DNA of 61,611 nt, the filler included, from Anaerolineae bacterium (lineage in GTDB: Bacteria; Chloroflexota; Anaerolineae; Epilineales; Epilineaceae): NCBI GenBank assembly GCA_029262755.1. It is 4 parts of 4 records of this genome, joined end to end, with 100 filler letters (N's around TTAATTAATTAA, not from the genome) between each part and the next. Parts side by side here need not be neighbours in the genome. Positions count along the whole stretch, not along the records: positions 30,471 to 51,765 come from JAJCYU010000321.1; positions 51,866 to 57,684 come from JAJCYU010000326.1; 2 more parts are not named here. The stretch is one strand, 5' to 3'. The position numbers and the translations under genes were made by a program. This document shows, piece after piece, positions 48,601-57,784 of the stretch. Position 1 is the first letter of the stretch; each line of letters opens with the position of its first letter. A model generated the notes under the pieces. The model searched no databases, was not told the origin of the DNA, and saw only the letters and a program-made list of their open reading frames with translations.

Positions 48601-51336
48601 CTACGGGGTCCCCGATGGCGCGTCATTGCGCGCGAGCGGCAGATAGATTCGCGGCGGCCACTCGATCTCAGCCGCGAGGTAGGAGCTCCACGGGCACCAG
48701 CGGCAGTCGGGCAGGAGGGCGCCGCAAGCCTCGTCGAGATGGTCCTCTATGTAGCGCGCGCTGCCGTCGCAGACCTCGATGGCGAAGTCGAAAAAGTCCA
48801 CCGTCTCTGGATCGTAGTGGAAGGACCATGGTGGGTTGTAGGCCGCGGGCTCCTTCTGGATTATCCCGATGACGCCGCGCCGCTCGTCGATGGGGCGCAC
48901 CAGTTCGGCCCGGGCGTCCGCAATGCGGGCGGGATCGTCGAGTGCGACAACGAAGGTGTCCGAGCGGCCGTGGAAGGCGATCTGGAAGTACGCGCGGCCC
49001 TTTGCGGTCGGACCGATGGGTCCCTCCGATAGCGGCGTCACGGTTGGGATCGCCGTGACCGTCGGCATCGGGGTCGACGCCGGTCCCGGCGTCGGCGTCG
49101 CGGCGCCGGGTTCGGGCGTGGCGCTGGCCCCCGGCGGGAAGTCCTGCGGCATCCACCGGGGCAGGTCGGCGATCGAGGCGCGCGCCTCCGTGCTGACCGG
49201 AATGCCCCAGGCCGCGAAGAAGGGGCCGAGGTCGAAGCCTACGGAGCGCGAGAAGCGCACCATCCACTGGTCGCGCTTGGCGGCATCGTCCGGGGGTCGT
49301 TGCTCGGCGGGCAGGGCGCGATACTCCGCGAAGACGTTGCGGTAGGCGTCCCAGCCGAAGGCGCGCTGCAGCTGGACGTACATGGTGAGCGCCAAGAACG
49401 GGTCGGACTGCCACTGTGCGAAGTCCGGATTCGCGAAGTCGTATTTGGCCATCTGCGTGGCCAGGAAGGCATCAGAGCCGCGTTCGTTCTCGGCGACTGG
49501 TATGCCGACCAGGTTCTCGTAGGTGTAGAGCGTGAACAGGTTGACGGTGACCTCGCCGGTGCCGCCGAAGGTCCAGTCGCCGGATTGGTGGTTGTGGCCG
49601 ACCTCGTGGAAGAAGCCCCAGTTGCCCTCGCTACGCAGGTGCTCGGCGCTGACGATGTTGGCTTGTTGGTCGAGGTGGGCCATCAGCGGGTAGCCGGCGT
49701 GCATGTAGCCCACGGAGATGAGCCGGTCGACGACAAAGCGCTCCGGGCTGGCGCGCTCGGGCGATCCCCACGCGGCGAGCTCCGCGCCAAGGTCGAGCAC
49801 GCGGTCCCACGTGCGCGCCACCGCCGCGGGATCGTCGAGTGCGCGCACCTCGCGTGCGTCCGTGGTGACGATCATCGCGCGGCCCTCGATCTCGGCCCAC
49901 GGCGCCGGCGCGTGACGGATCGTGTCACGCCACGCAGCGGGGTCCGTCTCGCCGAGGACGAAGCGCGGCGCCTCGACGGCGCCGGCGATGCGGACGACGA
50001 TCCTTCCAAACTCGAGACCGGCCGGCAGCTCGACGTAGACGAGACCGCCGAAGGCGTTGGCGACGCGGGTGTCGGCGTCGTCGATCGCGAAGCGGCGGCT
50101 GATCTCGGGCATGCGCGTCCAATCCGGTCGCCCCCAGATGCCGTCGCTATGCGCGCCGACGCGCACGAAGGCGCCCCCCGCGCGTGCAACGGAGATCGGA
50201 ACGGTGACGGTGACGAGCTCGCCCGGCGCGGCGTAGAGACCGGTCGAGTGCCAACGTGGACGCGAGCTATCGAGCACGAGCGACCGCGTCACGCGGGGCG
50301 CATCGGCCGGCACGGAGCCCGGGAAGGACGCTGCAGCGGGGTGCGGCCGAACGTCTTCGGGGCGCATGCGACGGTGATCGAGCGTAAAGAGCGTGGCGGC
50401 CAAGCGGTCCAGGACGTCGGCGCGCGTAATCGGCTGCTCGGGCGACGGCACCTCGTTGACCGTGGCGCCGTCGATCAACGCGCGCAGGCGCGGGGCGAGC
50501 AAAGTGTCGTCCGGCGGCAGGCACGTGGCCGCCCGCACGAGGCTGTCGAGCGCCTGGGCGCCCTCGTCTTCGGTGAGGGTTCGCGTGCCCGCGGCCTGCG
50601 CCTCCACGGCGTCCAGCGCGAGGCCGGCGTGCACGAGCGGGTCGGGCGCGCCGTCGATCGTGTAGCCGTTGGGGCCCGTGCGCGAGAGCCAGTCGTAGGG
50701 CCATTGGATGCCGACGGAGGCCAGCAAGCGGTTGCCGCTGTAGTCGGTGATGATCTGCTGATCCGGGTGGAGCTGCGCCCAGCCCCAACCGGTCGAGGCG
50801 GTCACGAGGCCGCCGCCGGACCGCACGAACGTCGCCAGCGCGTCCAGTTCGTCCGCGCTCTGGTTCCACATGCCGACGGCGATCACATCGCGGCCGGCCA
50901 TGCCGTCCACGGAGAGCGTGGCCTCCGCGACGTCCATTCCTTGGGCCTCCAGCCAGGTCGACAGCTCCGGCGCGCCGACGACGCCGATGCGCAAGCTAGC
51001 GTCCGTGCGCTCCTTGCCCGCGGCCCAGCCGAGGGCGTTGGCGATGAAGCGCCCAGTATCCGCCACGTCCAACGACCCGGCGCCGAAGTACCCGCCGTGT
51101 CCGAGCGCGACGACCCGCCCCGCCTCCCAACGCCCGGCCGCGGCGGCCGGCGCACGCAGGCCGCCGACATCCCCGACGGCGACCACGAAGGCCTCGGGGC
51201 CGTACACGCACAGCGGTCCCGGCACGCCCGGGGCGGCGATCTCGGACACGCCGGCCTGGAGCGCGACGATGTCGTCTTGCGCGAGGTGGGAACGAGATGC
51301 GGTGGATGAGCTGGGGAGAGCGTCGGCGGTCGTCAT
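48601..51336 (-). CDS. M60-family (enhancin/TCAF-like) metallopeptidase fused to a BP74-like C-terminal domain
   Basis: ATG 51336 with AAGGAG RBS; WHSTGLYAAPG, APWAE, MHAGYP, WGFFHEVGHNHQ..GEVTVN; Pro/Thr linker; then YNPPWSFHYDP..AIEVCD..WCPWSS. Confidence 0.88.
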   Translation of the reverse strand: MTTADALPSSSTASRSHLAQDDIVALQAGVSEIAAPGVPGPLCVYGPEAFVVAVGDVGGLRAPAAAAGRWEAGRVVALGHGGYFGAGSLDVADTGRFIANALGWAAGKERTDASLRIGVVGAPELSTWLEAQGMDVAEATLSVDGMAGRDVIAVGMWNQSADELDALATFVRSGGGLVTASTGWGWAQLHPDQQIITDYSGNRLLASVGIQWPYDWLSRTGPNGYTIDGAPDPLVHAGLALDAVEAQAAGTRTLTEDEGAQALDSLVRAATCLPPDDTLLAPRLRALIDGATVNEVPSPEQPITRADVLDRLAATLFTLDHRRMRPEDVRPHPAAASFPGSVPADAPRVTRSLVLDSSRPRWHSTGLYAAPGELVTVTVPISVARAGGAFVRVGAHSDGIWGRPDWTRMPEISRRFAIDDADTRVANAFGGLVYVELPAGLEFGRIVVRIAGAVEAPRFVLGETDPAAWRDTIRHAPAPWAEIEGRAMIVTTDAREVRALDDPAAVARTWDRVLDLGAELAAWGSPERASPERFVVDRLISVGYMHAGYPLMAHLDQQANIVSAEHLRSEGNWGFFHEVGHNHQSGDWTFGGTGEVTVNLFTLYTYENLVGIPVAENERGSDAFLATQMAKYDFANPDFAQWQSDPFLALTMYVQLQRAFGWDAYRNVFAEYRALPAEQRPPDDAAKRDQWMVRFSRSVGFDLGPFFAAWGIPVSTEARASIADLPRWMPQDFPPGASATPEPGAATPTPGPASTPMPTVTAIPTVTPLSEGPIGPTAKGRAYFQIAFHGRSDTFVVALDDPARIADARAELVRPIDERRGVIGIIQKEPAAYNPPWSFHYDPETVDFFDFAIEVCDGSARYIEDHLDEACGALLPDCRWCPWSSYLAAEIEWPPRIYLPLARNDAPSGTP

Positions 51337-51427
51337 GGGGAGAACTCCTTTGGCGAAGATGATGATCATGGCGCGTCGGAGGTGGAACCAGAAGGGGTTG
51401 CGACGAGCGGGTGGCCCGATGATCACA

Positions 51428-51765
51428 TCAGCTTCGGGCGCGCTTCTCCCGCTCACGCTGCTTCTGGCGGCGTCGGGTGCGAGCCGCCGAGTCCGCCTTC
51501 CGCCGGGCGACCTCCGCGTCGCGGCGCTCCGCCTCCGCCTGCTCCCTCGCCACCGCGGCGGCGGCGGCGGCGGCGTCGAGCGTCTCCGAGAGCACGCACA
51601 TGGCGGACACCTCGAGCCCGAGGCCGCGCGCGATCGAGCACAGCTTGGCGTGGGTGGGCGAGACGGCCCCCTTCTCGATGTCCACGATGTGGGTCTTCGA
51701 CACGCCCGACGCGGCGGCGAGCGCGCGGATGGACATCCGGGGCGTCCGGTCGGTGCGCAGCTTGC
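51428..51765 (-). CDS. XRE-family HTH regulator, 5' truncated at the contig end
   Basis: LR..MSIRALAAASGVSKTHIVDIEKG..SPT..L..IARGLG. Confidence 0.75.
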
Positions 51766-51865
51766 NNNNNNNNNNNNNNNNNNNNNNNNNNNNNNNNNNN
51801 NNNNNNNNNTTAATTAATTAANNNNNNNNNNNNNNNNNNNNNNNNNNNNNNNNNNNNNNNNNNNN
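51766..51865. other. Artificial contig spacer
   Basis: N44-TTAATTAATTAA-N44. Confidence 0.99.
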
Positions 51866-53126
51866 TACCATAACCTGTTGTACTCGATGTAAGGGTAAAA
51901 CTGACAGTCGCTGTAACTGTTCCCCCCATATAAGGATATGGTGGTGATGTAGTGACGGTATAATCCACACCGCTAACAGTACCGGTAAAGGGTCTCCCAT
52001 CGATAACCATTGTAATACTATCTCCGGCCTGGGTTATTATGGCAGTACTTGTCTCGTTCTTCTCTGGGGGGCAAACACCACTAGCATAGTTATTTGTAGT
52101 TGAATAGCTCCACGTACCTGTAGCATCATAAGTAGCTGAGCCACATTGCCCAGCAGTAAGTGAAATATCGTAGCTTACAATTTGATTATCACTACCAAAT
52201 TCATCAATCTTGACATAGTATGTTCCTGCTGGCAGCGCATCGGTACCACAAACACGATCAATACGGGAGAAAAGGTTTGTTCCACAATTGTCGTTGAACT
52301 CGATCTCGGTCAAGCTACTATCATAGAGCCACATCCCAGTATCACCACTGGAGCCAGAAGTCTCGATCACCAACCCTGAGTCACTTGTAAGGATAAATTT
52401 CATCCAATCCTCATCTCCAACGGGGCAAATGCTGTGGGTCTGCGTGCTGCCTGGTGTGATAGTAGTAGCTTGAGCAGAATAAATATCAGGTTCATAGGTA
52501 TCAAGGAACAAACAAGTGCCACCACCGTATATGGCTCTCAGACCGTTAATATCATCGATCTGAGGCTCTTCAATGGTATGACTGTAAAATGTATTCATCA
52601 ATGCCTCATGCGTGTTGTCGTGATGCAATCCAAGGGCGTGCCCTAACTCGTGTGCGACTACACGTCTGAAATCATATGGATCTGATCCTGGCCCTGTATG
52701 GACGTTCCAGTTGAAAGCGTTGTTAAAGACTATATCGGCATCTATCAATTCGTTGTCTGGGTTCAACTCCAAAAAAGTTACGGCGAGTGTCGAACTTCCA
52801 AATGAAGTTCCGCAATAACGGGAGTTAAATTCCCAACCACGTGTATTGTTTGGAGCACATGGATCTGCATCAGCATTTATGCTTGAGAAAGAGAAATTCG
52901 AGAGATCATTCCATAGGTCTAACGCCTCACTAAATGCTGACTCACGTGAGCTATTATTTCCTCTAAATCCTTTAGAATGAAATGTAGTCGTGGCATCCGG
53001 CCAGCCTCCCCCTATCAAATTATAGGCAGTCACCTTGGGAGTGACATGTGTCATTAGAACAACCGAGAGTAGCCAGATAGTTAGAACAACCGAAAGTAGC
53101 CAGATAATTAACGATTTAACTTTCAT
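51866..53126 (-). CDS. Matrixin (M10-like) metalloprotease with a PPC-like domain, 3' truncated
   Basis: HELGHALGLHH with Met-turn ALMN, DDINGLRAIYG; D.YEPD..GDEDW..AGTYYVKI. Confidence 0.88.
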
Positions 53127-53677
53127 TTGTCTTTCTTTTCTATTATATTGCGAATATTCTGTTTAAAAACTTCCAAAGTATGAGCATGCGTTAACGCCAA
53201 TGAGTTCGCCTTTACTGAGTCCTTATCCTCCACAGGGATAACCGTATCCTGGCCTGTTTGCTTGTTAGATATCACTAGGCAGTGACCCTGTTGCCAACCA
53301 CAGAGCGGATGGATTTGTTGCACACTGAGATTCTCCACAAAATAAATTCCCCTTTCTCCTATTTCAGGCATTTGCATACCAGAAACTTTCAATGTAAAAT
53401 CGTTTAACTTACCTCCCATGAAACCAAGCTCCACGGTAGAACTGGTGTGAGATCCCTTGATTACGTCGATAATTTGGAAAGTAAAGTAGGTAAAGGGTTT
53501 ACCGTTTGTGGGTGATGGTCGGGTTTCCCTGGATACAACCCTCCCTTCAAAGATCAACTCGGCACCCTGACACACACAGTCAAGACTTAACTCAATAGTA
53601 GAAGTAGACTTAGCGGTACCGGCATTAAGAAGAATAAATAATAAAGCAAAAAACAGAATAAGTTTTCCTAAATTCAT
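53123..53677 (-). CDS. Secreted hypothetical protein coupled to the matrixin
   Basis: Signal peptide; AELIFEGRV..F.IIDVIKG..GG..G.P..GE; ATGA overlap; GGAGGAG RBS. Confidence 0.7.
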   Translation of the reverse strand: MNLGKLILFFALLFILLNAGTAKSTSTIELSLDCVCQGAELIFEGRVVSRETRPSPTNGKPFTYFTFQIIDVIKGSHTSSTVELGFMGGKLNDFTLKVSGMQMPEIGERGIYFVENLSVQQIHPLCGWQQGHCLVISNKQTGQDTVIPVEDKDSVKANSLALTHAHTLEVFKQNIRNIIEKKDK

Positions 53678-54206
53678 GATGCACTCCTCCCTATAAACAA
53701 GCGAATTTAAGGATATTTATAAATTGTTAAGGCAAACCCAGAGCCAAAGTAACAGGGCTACAGATCCCTAAACTCTTTATGTGGTAGAATTAATTACTTC
53801 TAATAAAACTTGTATATAGACGCCCTCTTAGCCTTATATATCTACTAAAGTTGTTATTCCTTAAATCAGCAATAAATATTCTGTTTCGTATATAGGAACG
53901 AGTTGTCCTTTAGTGTGAATTGCACTTACGGGCTATATGCTGAATTGGGTTGAATCTCGATTTGATATTTCACTATGGTAAGTCGTATGCGCTTTCCCCT
54001 CCCTACCGTTAATTTGTAAATTAACCAAAGTCTTAACTCTCTCTTTCTATATTGATAATACTACTTTATTAGCTAATATTCAATATAACTTCAGTTGCAT
54101 TTAATGAGGCGGCATTCCACCTGATTACGCTTGAATATGTGAATGGTGTTTAAGAGGAATGATAACAAACGTAGAACGTATTGTGCAATTAACAGTATAT
54201 CTTTCA

Positions 54207-54503
54207 CTAAAAGGATGGCTTAGACAAAAACCATACACGATTGTCGCTTCTACGGAAACTAACAGTGCCATATGATCGGGCAATATCATATTCATACTTC
54301 CATATTTCTGCCTCTTCACTATAAAGAATATCAGTAGGAATACCCAGTATGTTTTCTACCTCATTTTTAGTAAAGTAATCTGCTATTTGTGACCATTTAT
54401 AAGTAATCTGACGTTTTGTTTGTACTGTTGCGTTAGTTGAGGGTTTCATCAGAGCACATCCAATAACAGACAATAATATTACACATAATAATATGCTTTT
54501 CAT
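54207..54503 (-). CDS. Small lipoprotein (SmpA/BamE-like)
   Basis: Lipobox VIG-C; TKNEVENILGIP..EIWKY. Confidence 0.65.
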   Translation of the reverse strand: MKSILLCVILLSVIGCALMKPSTNATVQTKRQITYKWSQIADYFTKNEVENILGIPTDILYSEEAEIWKYEYDIARSYGTVSFRRSDNRVWFLSKPSF

Positions 54504-54714
54504 TATAGCTATCCTCCCGTCACCAGAACCGTGTTACCTAATATTTTCAGGCCTAACACTTTTTTTATAATTTCCATATCTTAATCTTTATTAGTTTTCT
54601 GTCAACATCGATCAGTGTGAAATACAAATTACATACAGGGGCACAACAGCTACGATTTAATATTCCTTGTTCACTGTTCTATATTCTCCTTATCCTGGTA
54701 ACTTTGTGGAGAAA

Positions 54715-55914
54715 CTACTTTACCTTCTCTTCAAGTCTATCCAGAATCGCCCTTGTCAGGTTAAAATTGTGTGTTCCGTATTTTGTTATTAAGTCAACGG
54801 TCACACTTGCTTCATCAATATCTGATTCATTTATGAAAGCAACATTACCGTCTTCAACAAGGCCCTGTACACGAAGGTTGAATTCATTCAATCTATCCTT
54901 TATTGTTTTTGTCCAGGCGTTGTACAGTTTTCCATAATCTTCATTGTGACACTCTATACAGTATTCTTCTACTCCCCTGAATTTTAGCTTTTCATTATTA
55001 TACCTGTGGCAATCCTCACATTTAACCGCCCTGGACATCATATCCGGTAAGAGTGCAAACCCGTCAATACTGGTCTTTCCCAGTAAGAATTCATATGGTT
55101 CCGTGTGGCATTGGGTACAACCTAATGCTTCCTCTGAAGCATGATGGCATTTACTGCAATTGAGATTGTATTCCACAATGCCGGCGTCGTTCTCATGACT
55201 GATTGAGTGGCATTCCTTGCAGGACAAATCCTGTTCGGGATGCTGAGAGTGTCTGAAAGATACCGTCCATGAGAGACTGCCCTTTCTTTCCATATCAGTT
55301 TCATGATACTTGTCCAGATCATTTTTATGGCACTTTGCGCAATCAAGATCCGGAGTTGTGTGGTGGCATTTAACACAATTGATCTCTTCATCTTTTAACG
55401 AAGCATTTGAGTCTTTAGCATGACATAACCCGCAATCAACATCACTTTCCACAGTAAACCCATGGATAAATTTTTCCTCTTTATATTTCATGGAATTCTC
55501 ATCAATATACTGATGGCATCTTTTGCACTCAGATTTTTTCAATTCAACATGATGGCATTTAAGGCAGTTTTCTTTTTTTATTGTCAATTTACCATGCCCT
55601 TCAGTATTAACCTCGCTATTGTCATGACAGGATGTACAATCGAGCTCCTGCTCAAATGAATGTGTCTTGTGCCTGAAGACCTCTGCTCTTTGAGTCACTT
55701 CAAATTTGTTTTCATATGCCATATAATTGACATGACACCTCACCGTGCATGAATCCTCGTTCTTTGTAGATACCTTTGATCCATGGATAGGCACAGTCTT
55801 ACTTAATGTCTCTTCAGCATAAACACGACTGCCTTCAGGACAAAAAAACCAAAGAAGCATAACCACAAATAAACTAATACCTGAAATTATTATCCGCATA
55901 AAACACCCATACAC
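54715..55914 (-). CDS. Multiheme cytochrome c (11 CxxCH plus 1 CxxxCH)
   Basis: CTVRCH, CTSCH, CLKCH, CKRCH, CGLCH, CVKCH, CAKCH, CKECH, CSKCH, CTQCH, CEDCH, CIECH; signal peptide; start may be ~5 codons later. Confidence 0.92.
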   Translation of the reverse strand: MYGCFMRIIISGISLFVVMLLWFFCPEGSRVYAEETLSKTVPIHGSKVSTKNEDSCTVRCHVNYMAYENKFEVTQRAEVFRHKTHSFEQELDCTSCHDNSEVNTEGHGKLTIKKENCLKCHHVELKKSECKRCHQYIDENSMKYKEEKFIHGFTVESDVDCGLCHAKDSNASLKDEEINCVKCHHTTPDLDCAKCHKNDLDKYHETDMERKGSLSWTVSFRHSQHPEQDLSCKECHSISHENDAGIVEYNLNCSKCHHASEEALGCTQCHTEPYEFLLGKTSIDGFALLPDMMSRAVKCEDCHRYNNEKLKFRGVEEYCIECHNEDYGKLYNAWTKTIKDRLNEFNLRVQGLVEDGNVAFINESDIDEASVTVDLITKYGTHNFNLTRAILDRLEEKVK

Positions 55915-55992
55915 TTTTCTCCAGCAGTTTTCTTTTATTATACCTAAAATGATTTACGCCAAATCCTTATACACTCATCAGGTAATGAGAAA

Positions 55993-56016
55993 CGCAGGCT
56001 AAAAGCCTGCGGCTAC
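55993..56016 (-). repeat. GTAG-type REP palindrome
   Basis: Minus strand reads GTAGC-CGCAGGCT-TTT-AGCCTGCG; intergenic. Confidence 0.7.
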
Positions 56017-56048
56017 TGTTATACACAGTATAAACCGCTTAACTCAGG

Positions 56049-57413
56049 TTATAATTCTGAATTAGAATTATCTTTTAACCGTTGTATACTGTAATTAATT
56101 AAATCCTTTACATATTTAATATTGTGCACCCCAAAACTTCCATCGTTTTTAATTAAATCATAATTATAACGTGCCTCATCAATCAGGGTTTTGGACACAC
56201 CTTTCTTTGGAGGTTTTTTAAGCAATTCTGATAATAAGTTTAAAAGCCCAGTAACATATTCCTTCTGCTCTGCCATTGTCTTGTGAAATCCCTTTTCATG
56301 GCAGACGTTGCAAGTCAAGGGATGAACACTCAGGTCTTTATTCTTATGACATGCAGTGCAGTTGACGGTAGCGAGATACATCGGATCCGGGCTGTCCTCA
56401 ATCCCACGACCACCTTTACCTGCATATAATTTTCTTTGAAGTAAATAAGGCACTTTTCCAAAAAAAGACTCCTGATCTTTCGTGTTAATAGAAATAACTC
56501 CTCGTCCTGTTCTACCGATGGCAACTGAGGCCATCGAGGAGTTCTCATTCCCAGCAACAGCACTCCTCTCCGGCAGGATATTGGTAAGGTATTCATCACC
56601 CCACTTATGCAGGATTTCATTATGACACGGGTAGCATGGGACCTTATGTTTTTCCACATGATCGCGGTGCATCCTCTCTGCTCCCTGGTATTCCTTCGGA
56701 ATTTTTGTATGGCAGTGATAGCAATTCTTCTCTTCTACACCCCCACCTTTGCGCACAACATCCAAGTGGCAGTTTGCACATTTCACTTTCCGTTCCTTTT
56801 CAAATTCCAGATGATCAAACTCCTTCTCGTATATCATAACCTTAACTACTACATCCTTATGGCAAAGCGAGCATTCACCCACTTTAATCTTCTCTTTGGC
56901 AGTAAGCAGAGGCTCCTTGCTGTTCATAAAGTGACAGGCAAAACATGCACTATCATCTATACCAAAATGCCTGGGTTTCGTGCCTTCCTGTACATTCCTG
57001 CCCAGGTACGAATGACATCCGGTACATTTTAGTTTGAGATTAGTGGGGTACTCTTTCAGATGTGTTTTGTGATTAAAAGCAAATACATCCTTGTAATTCG
57101 ATACTTTAGACGTAAGCTTTTCAACGGGATGACAACCAGTATTGGTACAATTATTATCCTCAATTCCAACCGACAATGTCCTGCCACTATTATCATGTGT
57201 ATGACAACTCAGACATCCGGTATTGCAGGATACTGTTTCGTTCCAGGTATTATATGATGGTTCCATACTGTGACATCTTGCACAGAATTCTGGAGAACCC
57301 GGTTTATGTGCAGTTATAACAACCAACGTTATACAACATATTAGAGACAGAATTGTCACTATCGATAGTATTTTTACTGCCTTCTTATCTCGTTTTCTCA
57401 TATTTTTCAGCAT
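56049..57413 (-). CDS. Membrane-anchored multiheme cytochrome c (10 CxxCH plus 1 CxxxxCH), NapC/NirT-like N-terminus
   Basis: TM then SPEFCARCHSM; CLSCH, CTNTGCH, CTGCH, CFACH, CSLCH, CANCH, CYHCH, CYPCH, CTACH, CNVCH; DGSFGVHN. Confidence 0.92.
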   Translation of the reverse strand: MLKNMRKRDKKAVKILSIVTILSLICCITLVVITAHKPGSPEFCARCHSMEPSYNTWNETVSCNTGCLSCHTHDNSGRTLSVGIEDNNCTNTGCHPVEKLTSKVSNYKDVFAFNHKTHLKEYPTNLKLKCTGCHSYLGRNVQEGTKPRHFGIDDSACFACHFMNSKEPLLTAKEKIKVGECSLCHKDVVVKVMIYEKEFDHLEFEKERKVKCANCHLDVVRKGGGVEEKNCYHCHTKIPKEYQGAERMHRDHVEKHKVPCYPCHNEILHKWGDEYLTNILPERSAVAGNENSSMASVAIGRTGRGVISINTKDQESFFGKVPYLLQRKLYAGKGGRGIEDSPDPMYLATVNCTACHKNKDLSVHPLTCNVCHEKGFHKTMAEQKEYVTGLLNLLSELLKKPPKKGVSKTLIDEARYNYDLIKNDGSFGVHNIKYVKDLINYSIQRLKDNSNSEL

Positions 57414-57426
57414 AATATGTGGTTAA

Positions 57427-57450
57427 GGGCATATGGTAATATGCCCCTAC
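57427..57450 (-). repeat. GTAG-type REP palindrome
   Basis: Minus strand reads GTAG-GGGCATAT-TACC-ATATGCCC; intergenic. Confidence 0.65.
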
Positions 57451-57452
57451 TA

Positions 57453-57683
57453 TTACAAACCTAATTGCAACTCTATCTTTGCGAATAATGTTTTATCTGT
57501 TCTATTAAAGTTTGCCCTAAAAAGGATGGCCTCTAACGCCTTAAGTTCACCGCTTTTGTCATCTAGTTCGAACACGAAACTATATATCTTCTTTTCTCGC
57601 GGTTTTATTTGATTATTCAGTTCCACAAACATACTCTCTTGTTTAGATTTGATTATTCTCCCCAGGTTATCCTTAAGATTGAT
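57453..57683 (-). CDS. 3' end of a hypothetical protein (5' truncated)
   Basis: Open frame INLKDNLGRIIKS...KIELQLGL* from the contig edge; not in the ORF track. Confidence 0.55.
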   Translation of the reverse strand: MNLKDNLGRIIKSKQESMFVELNNQIKPREKKIYSFVFELDDKSGELKALEAILFRANFNRTDKTLFAKIELQLGL

Positions 57684-57684
57684 C

Positions 57685-57784
57685 NNNNNNNNNNNNNNNN
57701 NNNNNNNNNNNNNNNNNNNNNNNNNNNNTTAATTAATTAANNNNNNNNNNNNNNNNNNNNNNNNNNNNNNNNNNNNNNNNNNNN
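57685..57784. other. Artificial contig spacer
   Basis: N44-TTAATTAATTAA-N44. Confidence 0.99.

Noticed and set aside
53728..53800. GGCAAACC...GCTACAGATCC resembling a c-di-GMP-I riboswitch
   Set aside because: No clear GNRA stem or second stem, and it is on the strand opposite the adjacent genes.
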